Sequence record: NC_048170.1
DNA: 64,000 bases
Origin: Escherichia phage vB_EcoM_Goslar
Reading direction: 5' to 3' (one strand)
Each line of letters begins with the position of its first letter. Position 1 is the stretch's first letter. A program made the translations under genes and the position numbers. The notes under the pieces are model-generated. The model ran no database searches and had not been told where the DNA came from. It saw only the letters and a list, made by a program, of their open reading frames with translations. Below are positions 36,898-46,470 of the stretch, piece after piece.

Positions 36898-37173
36898 TTA
36901 TTTCGAGGTTAACCACGATTCAATTGTGGTGAGTTTGCTTCTCAGTACGCGCCAACTAGGGTGTGGTGGGATCACAGCGCCATTGTCGATTACGGTTAGC
37001 TGAACCTGGTACTTCTGTTGCATACGTGCTACCGTGTCGCTTATCGAGAGGAAAAGCTGGTAACGTTCATATGCCGTCAGTTCACTGTCCTGTTGAACTG
37101 CGTTGGCTGCTAACGTAATTTCGCGTAAGTCCTTTGCATCCACAGAGACGGTAATGAGTTTATATTGACTCAT
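36898..37173 (-). CDS. hypothetical small protein
   Basis: 91-aa ORF, SD AAGGAAA. Confidence 0.45.
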   Translation of the reverse strand: MSQYKLITVSVDAKDLREITLAANAVQQDSELTAYERYQLFLSISDTVARMQQKYQVQLTVIDNGAVIPPHPSWRVLRSKLTTIESWLTSK

Positions 37174-37234
37174 ACGGTTTCCTTATCAACTGGGGTATTG
37201 CAAATACAATACCCGTCGTCGGACGATAAGTTAA

Positions 37235-39793
37235 TTACTGCTCTTCACGTTCCAGCAGATACTCGGAAGCGGTAATACCGTTTACCGTACGTACTGCTTT
37301 CAGACGAGTATCATCACTCAGAATCACGGTAACAGATTGCAGACCTTTTACTTTGGTTTCGAAGGTCTTGAACACCTGATCCAGCATACGAGCAATGCTT
37401 GGGTTGGTTGCAGCCGATGCGTGGGTGTAACCGCTTTGGTTCAGCTTCAGAATCTTGGCGTTGGTCGGTACGCGAACAACAACATGCGGACGCATCGCGA
37501 ATACGCTGTGATTGAACCAGTAAGCGTCGTTACTATCTTCGTCGGTAACGATGTCTGGATTAACACGCATATCCTCGACAGCCGCATCCGCCAAACGACG
37601 TTCGATTTCATCGGCGTCCAGAGAGCCATCTTTCTCCAGTTCTGCACGATACTCACTCATGGCAACCAGATGACGTTCACGATTCGCTGCGGATTTTTCG
37701 TGAGCGGCTTTCAGGTAGTCATGCATGTTGTACAGTTCTGCCATGGAAAGACGAATGTTCCACTGACCTTCGCCATCGCGATTGCAGTAGAGACACTTCA
37801 GCATGTTGACCCAGGTATAGTAGCAATTGGCGAATTCATCTTCAATGAACTTCTGGTCCATTTTAAGATCGTGAATCAGCCAACCGGACAGTTCTCCGAT
37901 ATCATCAACGAAGCTAGAGATGGTGGTTTCAGAGAAGTTCTTCGGTACGATACGTTTGATCAGCTTATTGACGTCTTTGGTCATGCTATCGTTCAGGAAA
38001 TGCCAGATACGCAGAGGAATGACATCTCGATACTGTTGCATGATCTGACGATAAGCTTTGATATCGTCGCTACGACCTTTATCAATAGACAACGCATCCA
38101 GGAATTCATGGATTGCATCCAGCTCTTTGTCGGTATAGGTTCCCAGATAGGAATTGACGGTGGCCAGGAATGCTAATGCGTCGTTTTGGTTGACGTCGGT
38201 GTTGGTCTGCTGAATGATCGCCACTGCAGCTTTAGTTTCAGCATCCTCAACGCTTGACGCTGCGATCGCGTCGGTGACGGTAAACAGTTTCATTTCGCGC
38301 TGCTCACCGACAACGATTGGCTCACGCTGAACCGGCTTGTTAAGACTAACGCGAACAACTTCTGCTTGCGCGATACGATCCAGTTTTGCCATTTCCTGCT
38401 CTGCCATACGACGAGCGGTTGGATCTGATTCAAGTTCGATGTATTCCACTTCTTCCTCCGTGAGGGATGTAATGTCAACAATGGTTTCATGAAGAATTCC
38501 GTTTTCGTCGATACGTGCTCGACGAGCGAAGTGCCTGAAGTCATACAACGTCGGCCAACGACTATTAGGTGCAAAGTCTTTGGCTTTCAGACGCATCTGC
38601 ATAAATTCTTCATGTTGAACAACACGACCGTAACGCTTAGCATCTTCGGTCGCATCAATTGGATTAACGGTCTTTGTTGCCGTAGCGGAACGAGCCGTAC
38701 GAACCGGTTCCGGTTTCACCTGCGCCGGTTCAGGTTGAACGGGTTTCTGCTGTCCAGCCTTAACATGCCATTCTGGCTCTTCGTACTGTTCAGCAAATTG
38801 CTCAGCCGCTGCAAAGATATCGTTGATACCACCAATATCTCCTTCAGGATTTGTCGAGTAAATCCGTGGTTGCGGTGCCTCGTAACGCGGCGCTGTAGCA
38901 GCAGGTGCCTCATCAACGATAGGATCATCATCACCGACATCATACAAACGGTTGAACGCACAATCCTTCGAATCAATGTACGATGGTGTTTGTGGTTGGA
39001 CAACCGTAGGCCGAGGTTGTGTGCCGTATCCTGGTGTTGTTGGAGCCATACCACGCATAACTGCTGGGTTAGGTTGGTATTGTGGTTGTGGGTAGGTTCC
39101 ACCATACATGGCGTACGCAGGCTGTTGTGGTTGACCATACCCGTTGCTAACCATCGCACTTGCTTGCGGCCCACGATAAGTCATCCCCATCTGCATCACC
39201 TGCTGCTTCAAACCACGTGACTTCTGCGCGATTTGCGCTAGGCTTCCGCTTTTATTCAGCTGCGTGTACTTATTCGCGGCTTCCGGGTTAATGCGTGATA
39301 ATTCAATCGCGCGATAATATTCCGGGTACTGATTCGGTTCAAAGAGCCACGTTACAAGATGATACAGCGCAACTGTACTCACGGCAGCAGAGACGATCTG
39401 GTCGTCGGACGCGTTCTGTGGCATCGGGTTGATGTAAGAGAACACGTTCCAACAACAGTCTTCAACAAGCGATTCCATCATCATATCGTTATTGGTATAA
39501 CGTGCGACGAACTCGGTTTGTATTTTGTCTTGCTGAGCGAAGTCTTTCAGGACATTAAAGATGGCTTGACGGATTTTGACGATCGTCGCTTCTTGGGTGA
39601 TGAAGTTATAGTTCTGCTGATATGAGGGTTGTTGGTATTGTGGTGGTTGATAGGCGTTATTCGGGTATGCGCCGTACGGCGATTGCTGATACTGTTGCTG
39701 ACGAACCTGTTCAGCCGCATAATTAATCGTGCTCGTATAAGGGTTTTCGCTATAGCCCATTTGTTGATACATGTTGTTACTGCCATTATACAT
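37235..39793 (-). CDS. large hypothetical protein with Q/Y/P/G-rich low-complexity segments
   Basis: 852-aa ORF, SD AAAGGA; N-terminal YQQSPYGAYPNNAYQPPQYQQPSYQQNY and internal GYGQPQQPAYAMYGGTYPQPQYQPNP. Confidence 0.5.
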   Translation of the reverse strand: MYNGSNNMYQQMGYSENPYTSTINYAAEQVRQQQYQQSPYGAYPNNAYQPPQYQQPSYQQNYNFITQEATIVKIRQAIFNVLKDFAQQDKIQTEFVARYTNNDMMMESLVEDCCWNVFSYINPMPQNASDDQIVSAAVSTVALYHLVTWLFEPNQYPEYYRAIELSRINPEAANKYTQLNKSGSLAQIAQKSRGLKQQVMQMGMTYRGPQASAMVSNGYGQPQQPAYAMYGGTYPQPQYQPNPAVMRGMAPTTPGYGTQPRPTVVQPQTPSYIDSKDCAFNRLYDVGDDDPIVDEAPAATAPRYEAPQPRIYSTNPEGDIGGINDIFAAAEQFAEQYEEPEWHVKAGQQKPVQPEPAQVKPEPVRTARSATATKTVNPIDATEDAKRYGRVVQHEEFMQMRLKAKDFAPNSRWPTLYDFRHFARRARIDENGILHETIVDITSLTEEEVEYIELESDPTARRMAEQEMAKLDRIAQAEVVRVSLNKPVQREPIVVGEQREMKLFTVTDAIAASSVEDAETKAAVAIIQQTNTDVNQNDALAFLATVNSYLGTYTDKELDAIHEFLDALSIDKGRSDDIKAYRQIMQQYRDVIPLRIWHFLNDSMTKDVNKLIKRIVPKNFSETTISSFVDDIGELSGWLIHDLKMDQKFIEDEFANCYYTWVNMLKCLYCNRDGEGQWNIRLSMAELYNMHDYLKAAHEKSAANRERHLVAMSEYRAELEKDGSLDADEIERRLADAAVEDMRVNPDIVTDEDSNDAYWFNHSVFAMRPHVVVRVPTNAKILKLNQSGYTHASAATNPSIARMLDQVFKTFETKVKGLQSVTVILSDDTRLKAVRTVNGITASEYLLEREEQ

Positions 39794-39827
39794 TTCTTAC
39801 GATCCTTTTTATTTATTCGGTTATGTG

Positions 39828-41624
39828 TCAATCGATTATGTCGCGATCGTTAATTTCTACAATTTCTTCATCGAATCGACCGACGTCTTTCTTCAAGCCT
39901 GCATTGGTTGCTGCAACGTCATTTGCAATTTGTGGGGTAATGATTAACCGACCGCGCTCATCGATAGGTGCGTACATACTGAACTTCTGACGTCCGGTTG
40001 GTTCGGAGTGTGGAAGATTCAGATAGCTTGCACAGAACGGGATGGAACCACTAACCAAACGACTCTCGTCAGCCAATGCAGCACCGCCTGCGTTTTGGCT
40101 CTGGAGAACAACATGCGTGCTCACTTTGAACAGCATGCAATCACCAGGTGACTGAATCGATGTTGCCACTTTCTCACGTTTATCACGATTGCTCTGGATA
40201 TTGAGAATCGCTTCCGTTGCAACTTGATTTCGCAACGCCTTCTGTACATCGCGATTGGTCATCTCTTTACGGTTGTTCTGTCGTTTACCACGTTCTGTGG
40301 TTTTAAGATGGAACCCCAGTTTAAAGATGCTCTTACGCACATCCTCCATGACATATTCCAACACCATCAATTCCTTACCGAACATCGTCGTGGTATCAAC
40401 ACGACTCATTTCGATAGTGACATTGTCAATCAGATACGCCATAAATTCGTAGAAGTCGTCGCAAGGAATATTTTCCTGTTTGAACTTCTTCTGTTGAATC
40501 TCGTCAACGTAAAGATCGAGACTGTCGATGTGGTGGTTTACATCACGCAACAAACGCGCATCCGCATTGTTGTTATTAAAGATAATCAAACCGAGTAATG
40601 TACGCCAATGGTCTGGCGCATTCGCGAACTCCTCAACCGGATAGTCTTCCGGAAAACGATCGTAATAACGGTCGATGAGATACAAGAATGCACCGACAAG
40701 GCCAAGAACAATACGTTCCGTGCCTCCACGTCTTACAGCAATTTGAATATCAGGATGTTTGTAACGTACAGCGCTAGCGCTACGGCTTTTACCGCTTTTG
40801 CTGATACTAAAGCCTTTAGGAATAACCCCCATGGTGCGATAGATTACCCATTGGTCACGCGGAAAATCACGTTCAGCAAGGTTCCGTCCGGTTACGGCTT
40901 CGACACCTGCAAAACGTCGGAAACACTCACCCACCCCGTACTTCGCAAAGAGATAGTGACCCAGTGTGGTTACGCTGGTGTGGTTGATGTTGTCACCGTT
41001 CACTTTACTTTGTTTAGTAAGATGATAGATTTGCGACCAGGGTAATGACAGGTAATGACGATAATCGATACCGGTCGGTGTATCATTGCTCAGGAACTGA
41101 TACGGTGTACGTTTAACCGTGATTTTGTCACGCGGAAGCATGATGAACGCCATGTCTTTCGTGTAACTGATTACGGGGTCAGCGAGTACCGCACTGAGAA
41201 TGAAGTTCGCACCACGTAGACGCATTTTACCACCCTGACCTACCGCGGGCAATAGGAGAGGATGTCGGATAATGCAGTAGTCCTTTCCTGGTTCACGACG
41301 GTCACCTGATTCCATCGCGCCGTACCAGCGGAATTCCAGCATCACCATAAACACATCGGAAGGCGCAAGGTCGAAGGTCAGCTTACCGCTATCCTTCCCT
41401 TTGGTTTTCTTTCCTCCGCTTAAGTAGTGGAACTGTTCGCGGGCCATACAACGACGCAGGCCATGATACACCAGATCCTTAGGTAAACTATCTTTGCTGT
41501 TCCGCCAAAGACGATCAACATAGGACTCAACATCTTGCATCTTATCGACGACGATGTTGCGTGCTATCTTCTCGTTCATCTTCGGTGCAAGCTCAGCGAC
41601 AGCTTTGCAGAATCTAGGATCCAT
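39828..41624 (-). CDS. hypothetical protein
   Basis: About 598-aa ORF; track start is GTG, adjacent ATG at 41622-41624 has SD AAAGGAG. Confidence 0.5.
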   Translation of the reverse strand: MDPRFCKAVAELAPKMNEKIARNIVVDKMQDVESYVDRLWRNSKDSLPKDLVYHGLRRCMAREQFHYLSGGKKTKGKDSGKLTFDLAPSDVFMVMLEFRWYGAMESGDRREPGKDYCIIRHPLLLPAVGQGGKMRLRGANFILSAVLADPVISYTKDMAFIMLPRDKITVKRTPYQFLSNDTPTGIDYRHYLSLPWSQIYHLTKQSKVNGDNINHTSVTTLGHYLFAKYGVGECFRRFAGVEAVTGRNLAERDFPRDQWVIYRTMGVIPKGFSISKSGKSRSASAVRYKHPDIQIAVRRGGTERIVLGLVGAFLYLIDRYYDRFPEDYPVEEFANAPDHWRTLLGLIIFNNNNADARLLRDVNHHIDSLDLYVDEIQQKKFKQENIPCDDFYEFMAYLIDNVTIEMSRVDTTTMFGKELMVLEYVMEDVRKSIFKLGFHLKTTERGKRQNNRKEMTNRDVQKALRNQVATEAILNIQSNRDKREKVATSIQSPGDCMLFKVSTHVVLQSQNAGGAALADESRLVSGSIPFCASYLNLPHSEPTGRQKFSMYAPIDERGRLIITPQIANDVAATNAGLKKDVGRFDEEIVEINDRDIID

Positions 41625-41663
41625 CACACACTCCTTTCAGAAAGTTGCTTAAGCAGATTAAAG

Positions 41664-43100
41664 TTACTTTTTCGATGACGCCTTCTCAAGAATCTTGAAA
41701 AAGGTCATACCTATACCGACAACAGCCGCGGTTATACTCGCAGCGGCTTTCCAAACATCGACGTTACGTTGACGTCGCGCTTCTTCCGCTTCACGTTGTC
41801 TTTTTGCCTCTTCATCACGTCGACGTATCTCAGCCGCAAACTCGTCATGCTTACGTTTGGCTTCTTCGTCTCGACGACGAAGTTCAGCGACGAATTCTTC
41901 ATGTTTGCGTTTAGCCTCGTCGTCACGACGTTTTAAATCAGCTTGATAATCTTCGTGTATTTGTCTACGTAGATCATCTTGACGTTTCATTTCGGCTTGG
42001 TGTTGTTCCATCCTACGTTTTTGTTCGTCTTTAAGCTGATCGAGTTCGGCTTTATGTTGTTCATCACGCAGCTTTGCGTCGGCGCGATGCGCCTCATGCA
42101 TCTGTGCGATAACTGCCTTGTGTTCATCCGCCATACGTCGCATTTCAGCCATCACCCCTTTAAGGGTTTCTTCTGATGCCTTACGTTCGTAGCTACGTTG
42201 GTCGAAATCATTTTTGTAGGCTTCTTTTTGGATGGGGTCGCGCCAATGCAATGCCGATTCACGCGTCGGAAAAACATTGTACTTCCACATCTCTTTTTCC
42301 AAATCTTCGACCGGTACGAAGACGGAGTCATTATTCCCGAAGGTAACCAACATACCTGGCGCGCCTGCTCCATTCGTTGGTTTTATTTCGAACGCTTTCC
42401 CCAACACGTTAACCCATAAGCTATACGGATTATGAAAGTCGGGCGGCGTCCAATGGATAGTGAGTTGCGTTCCGAGAATCCGGAAACCCTCTGTTTTTCC
42501 CGTCAAGCTCCGCGCGCACGTTGCGATGTAGGGGTGATCAATCCCTTTCGTAACGTGGTCTGCGCTTTTGTATTCTCCTTTAACTTTTACGATTGCCACG
42601 TTGATTTGCGCGACATAAGCGGGTTGATTAAAGTTCAACGTGTTGAGGTCAATTTGACATATTTCATCCAGCGTATCGTACCAGTCTTGCTGGTCTAATA
42701 GACGCGGCATTTTCTCTGTGTTAACAATACGACGGATATGCGGTTTCCTTATCGCGTAACCTGTGCCGTTTTTAACACGGAGTATATCCCGACGTCTACC
42801 CGCGTAGACGAAGTTTCTGAATGCACCATTCGCATTAGATACGTCATGGCTGTCAACTATTACAGGACTACGAAATTTTGAACGTCGTACGATCCTGAAT
42901 GTATTGCCGTCCTCAACCCTACCAGGAATGTACTGGAACATATTGTCGGAGGTGATAACCAACACGGTATGGCCAGATTCATTAATACATGCCCATCCTA
43001 ATTCCAGGTCATATAACGGTTCAGCATAACCGTCAATGCGATATGCGTGCGTACCATCCCACGGTTCGAACGCAGTATCACATATTGGCATGGAGGGCAT
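41664..43100 (-). CDS. hypothetical tail-anchored membrane protein with tandem coiled-coil repeats
   Basis: ATG at 43098-43100 (SD GGAGG); three tandem 18-aa repeats RRDEEAKRKH(E/D)EF(V/A)AE(L/I), then C-terminal TM helix ASITAAVVGIGMTFF. Confidence 0.5.
   Translation of the reverse strand: MPSMPICDTAFEPWDGTHAYRIDGYAEPLYDLELGWACINESGHTVLVITSDNMFQYIPGRVEDGNTFRIVRRSKFRSPVIVDSHDVSNANGAFRNFVYAGRRRDILRVKNGTGYAIRKPHIRRIVNTEKMPRLLDQQDWYDTLDEICQIDLNTLNFNQPAYVAQINVAIVKVKGEYKSADHVTKGIDHPYIATCARSLTGKTEGFRILGTQLTIHWTPPDFHNPYSLWVNVLGKAFEIKPTNGAGAPGMLVTFGNNDSVFVPVEDLEKEMWKYNVFPTRESALHWRDPIQKEAYKNDFDQRSYERKASEETLKGVMAEMRRMADEHKAVIAQMHEAHRADAKLRDEQHKAELDQLKDEQKRRMEQHQAEMKRQDDLRRQIHEDYQADLKRRDDEAKRKHEEFVAELRRRDEEAKRKHDEFAAEIRRRDEEAKRQREAEEARRQRNVDVWKAAASITAAVVGIGMTFFKILEKASSKK
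41765..41945 (-). repeat. tandem 54-nt in-frame repeats (3 units)
   Basis: Repeated ttcttcgtctcgacgacgaagttcagcgacgaattc-type units encoding the RRDEEAKRKHxEF repeats. Confidence 0.5.
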
Positions 43101-43250
43101 CGTCAACCTCCATCAGATTGAAAACTATCACGCATAATACATTTCCCTTTTTCTTGTTCTTATCAAGCCGACAGCCGACGGTTTCAGCATCGTTCCTAGC
43201 GCGAGAACGACCTTACGTGTTGTCTATGCCTTATTCATCGCAGGCGTCTG

Positions 43251-43274
43251 TCACCTAGGTAATGTAAGCGTCAA
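43251..43274 (-). promoter_or_regulatory. conserved promoter-like motif, copy C
   Basis: Minus-sense TTGACGCTTACATTACCTAGGTGA, about 35 nt downstream (minus sense) of hairpin 43310-43339 and ~150 nt upstream of the 43100 start. Confidence 0.45.
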
Positions 43275-43309
43275 ATTTTTTCTATTCGCAACGATAAACG
43301 GCATAGAAA

Positions 43310-43339
43310 CCTCCCCCAACCCTTACGGGCTGAGGGAGG
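43310..43339 (-). terminator. conserved intergenic stem-loop terminator (variant)
   Basis: cctccc-ccaa-ccc-ttac-ggg-ctga-gggagg; minus-sense followed by UUUCUAUGCCG; downstream of the candidate capsid gene. Confidence 0.5.
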
Positions 43340-43438
43340 CTGACTTATGTATCACGGTGCCGGATGAATGTCCGGTGCAATGAAACCATCTGCAACGTTG
43401 TCATCAAGAATATCATCCAACGAAGCAGCTACGGTAGT

Positions 43439-45661
43439 TCAGTTAGTCTGAACCGGCAGCTTGATGTTTTCAGTGTAGACCTTACGCAGGTTCACAACGT
43501 TAATCAGACCCAGCAGCGGGCAGTTGTTAACGAAGCGGCAGCGCGGCTGAACCATGGTTTCTTTAGAAACCTGACCGTTACGGGTAACCTGAGCAACAGA
43601 TACCAGTTCCGGTACATACAGGAACATACCGAAGGTCAGCGGATCCGGAGAACCCTGGATACCACGAGACAGGGTCACGAAGATCTTATCGCGCAGCATG
43701 ACGTTCGGGTTATCTACAACCACGAAGTTGAAGCTTACACCAACGGTACGGAAATCGCCATCGGTCTGCAGGAACTGCGGGATGTAGTTGTCAGTTGCTA
43801 CTACGCAACGCGGTTTCTCATCAGCGTTGGAAGACAGCAGCTGCAGAGCTGGCTGATAACCAGACTCGGAGTACATGCGGTATGCCATCTCACGAATCAC
43901 GTTCATGATCGCAGCAGACACTTCAGCACGACGTTCTGCAGTGGTGGTACCCTGAACAGATTTCTCCAGGTCCAGATTGATTTCTTCGAACCACGGACGG
44001 ATCAGGTAACGACCGAAACCTTCGATCTGGATGTCACCGAACTGACGGAAGCGAGAGGTCGCAACCGCTTTCAGTGCGTCTTTGTAGCTGAACAGTTTCT
44101 CAACCATCAGGTTGTCGAAACGTGCGTTAGCAGCTTGGATCAGAACGTCCAGGTCAGCAGCGTTTTCTTCCCAATCCAGCGGACGAGGAATGGAGAACGG
44201 AGCCAGCAGGCCGATTGCGTAACGTTCTTGCTTCATGTTGAAGTCAAGGTGCTTACCGCGCTCACGACGGTTGCTGTTGTTACGACGGATACGCAGTTCG
44301 TAACCAACCAGTTTGAAGCTCAGGTCTTCAGCCAGTTGTTTGAACTCTTCGCTCTTACGCGGTTGTTCGATGTTGTCCTGATCAACCAGGCGATACAGTT
44401 CAGCGTTAGCGCCGTTAACACGCAGACCCGCTTTCTCTACGTTGGAAGAACCGTAAACTTCGATCGCCAGCTGAGCAGCGGATTTCGCATCGATGATGTC
44501 CTGCAGCGCTTCGGCTTTCGCACCTTTAACGTCTTTGGTGTTCTCATCAACGAAGATGGAGTGGGTGTCGAACGCCAGGGTCATTTTGCGGAAGTCGCCT
44601 TCCAGGGATTTCTGGAAACCGTTGGTGATCAGACCAGATACGTCGAACGGTACGTAAGAGGTTTTGCTGTGCTTGGTAGATTTGATTTCCACCAGGATTT
44701 TGGTCAGCGTGATCTGAGCATCCAGCGCGTCGGTGTTGTCGCTGTAACCGTTAGCCAGAATGCTGTCGTCTTCAGCGATACCGATCATGTCGATCAGTTT
44801 ATCAACAGCCAGGTAAGACGTTTTATAAGTTACGCCTTTAATTTCGATGTCGCGCGGAGCAACGATAGCTTTGTCAACGAAGTACTGCGCGTTAGCATCG
44901 TCAGCACGATAGATCGGATGCAGATCGGTCACGTCGTTGGACAGAACGTCGTTATACATGAACGCATCCAGCAGCGGACGACGTACCCAATCAGCCGGAG
45001 TACCGTCAGCGTTACGACGCAGGTGGTTGAACACCAGCGGACGACGGAAAGATACGTCGTAACCGATCTGGTTCGGAGCCAGAACGATGGTGTTGTACAG
45101 TTCGTTACCCATGCGGCTCAGACGAGAAGCCTTCACGTTGAACACGACGGAGTACGGCATCATGTCACGCAGTTCTTTCTGGTCGTAGGACAGCTGAACC
45201 AGTTCTTCAGATTCGCAACCGCAGGAATCAGCAGCCATCATGACGAAGTTAGAGCTGTCAACTTCACGACCTGACGGAGTGGTGCTGATGTTCATGGAAC
45301 GTGCTTGTTTAGCATATTCTACCGGGTTGCCATGAGCCAGCATGATCAGTGCTGCTGCACGAGCCTGCTGTGCGTTCATGGTGAACAGCTGTTCTTCAAT
45401 ACGCTGCTTCTCTTCCGGAGTGGTGGTTTCGAAGCCCAGCAAGGTCAGAACCGGTTCTTCGGCTTTACGGATGTCGCTGCTGAAGCTCTTAACATCCATT
45501 TCGTTAACCAGTTTGTCCATGGATTTGAAATCAACCTTAGAAGCAGATTCCATAGACAGGAAGGTGTTCTCCAGACCTTTGTCTGCTGGTTTGCTACCAT
45601 TAGCGGTCAGGAACTGGCGAGTGGCCGCGACCTGTTGGCTAAGAAGGGTTTTATCATTCAT
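43439..45661 (-). CDS. putative major capsid protein (jumbo-phage-like size); tail sheath not excluded
   Basis: 740 aa; strongest optimal-codon bias in the window; SD AAGGA 9 nt upstream; own promoter-like and terminator elements; N-terminal ~160 aa contain S/A/G-x-E motifs (SME, GFE) of the kind cleaved by prohead proteases. Confidence 0.35.
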   Translation of the reverse strand: MNDKTLLSQQVAATRQFLTANGSKPADKGLENTFLSMESASKVDFKSMDKLVNEMDVKSFSSDIRKAEEPVLTLLGFETTTPEEKQRIEEQLFTMNAQQARAAALIMLAHGNPVEYAKQARSMNISTTPSGREVDSSNFVMMAADSCGCESEELVQLSYDQKELRDMMPYSVVFNVKASRLSRMGNELYNTIVLAPNQIGYDVSFRRPLVFNHLRRNADGTPADWVRRPLLDAFMYNDVLSNDVTDLHPIYRADDANAQYFVDKAIVAPRDIEIKGVTYKTSYLAVDKLIDMIGIAEDDSILANGYSDNTDALDAQITLTKILVEIKSTKHSKTSYVPFDVSGLITNGFQKSLEGDFRKMTLAFDTHSIFVDENTKDVKGAKAEALQDIIDAKSAAQLAIEVYGSSNVEKAGLRVNGANAELYRLVDQDNIEQPRKSEEFKQLAEDLSFKLVGYELRIRRNNSNRRERGKHLDFNMKQERYAIGLLAPFSIPRPLDWEENAADLDVLIQAANARFDNLMVEKLFSYKDALKAVATSRFRQFGDIQIEGFGRYLIRPWFEEINLDLEKSVQGTTTAERRAEVSAAIMNVIREMAYRMYSESGYQPALQLLSSNADEKPRCVVATDNYIPQFLQTDGDFRTVGVSFNFVVVDNPNVMLRDKIFVTLSRGIQGSPDPLTFGMFLYVPELVSVAQVTRNGQVSKETMVQPRCRFVNNCPLLGLINVVNLRKVYTENIKLPVQTN

Positions 45662-45810
45662 TGAAAGTATCCTTTACAGAATTAACTTATATAAGTCGGT
45701 CGATAGACCATAGCGTACACGCGTGCATGCGCCACTATAGTATCAGTAAACACTTACCGTTATTGAGGTCGTGATACAACACTAAAAATGCCGCATAACT
45801 TTTCCCTACG

Positions 45811-46431
45811 TCATAAACGACGCAGGCGATAATGGATGGAACGATTGGTGCAATATGAACGGAACAGCGGCAATTGCGCAACTTCCGCAAGACTCATATT
45901 AATTCGCAGGTGTTCAATAACGGCGCTGTAGTTATCAGCAATACGATCGCTCAATAACTCTTCTGCCAATAAAGGAAGACAATCGACAACAATCGCGATC
46001 ACATCCTCATTAACATAACGCACCCGAACACTCAACGGACGTTTGTCTGGGCTGTAAGTTGGATCCGCCAAACGACGTTCAATATCACGCGGATAGCTCG
46101 TCAGTAAATGGTAATAACCATTGTCATAACGATTGATGTACTCGCACAGCACATCAACATTCTTCTCTGGCGGCAAACCTGTTTCGTCATAGTGATACGC
46201 AAACATACCACCAAGCAGGTTGTTAAGATGAACTGCAGGGTTCGCTTGTTCGTGTTCTTTCGTGATGAAGAAAGGCACGTTTTGAGCCGCGAAATAAAAA
46301 CCTACATCATTGGGCGATAGTATGCCGAAAAGACTTTTAGGATCTAATAACACCTGTAAGTCATCACGCGCATTTCGAATGATCGCGTGTTCTACCCAAT
46401 TCGGAACGACGAGATATCGGAGTTCCTTCAT
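45811..46431 (-). CDS. hypothetical protein
   Basis: 206-aa ORF, SD AAGAGG. Confidence 0.45.
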   Translation of the reverse strand: MKELRYLVVPNWVEHAIIRNARDDLQVLLDPKSLFGILSPNDVGFYFAAQNVPFFITKEHEQANPAVHLNNLLGGMFAYHYDETGLPPEKNVDVLCEYINRYDNGYYHLLTSYPRDIERRLADPTYSPDKRPLSVRVRYVNEDVIAIVVDCLPLLAEELLSDRIADNYSAVIEHLRINMSLAEVAQLPLFRSYCTNRSIHYRLRRL

Positions 46432-46470
46432 TATGATTACCTCTTTGCAAGTATCGAAAGGATTGAGTCG

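Noticed and set aside
43364-45274. 636-aa plus-strand ORF lying antisense inside the candidate capsid gene
   Set aside because: The sense gene avoids TTA, CTA and TCA codons because of strong optimal-codon bias, so the antisense frame is stop-free by construction; the translation is Val/Arg/Gln-rich with no start context. Treated as an artefact.
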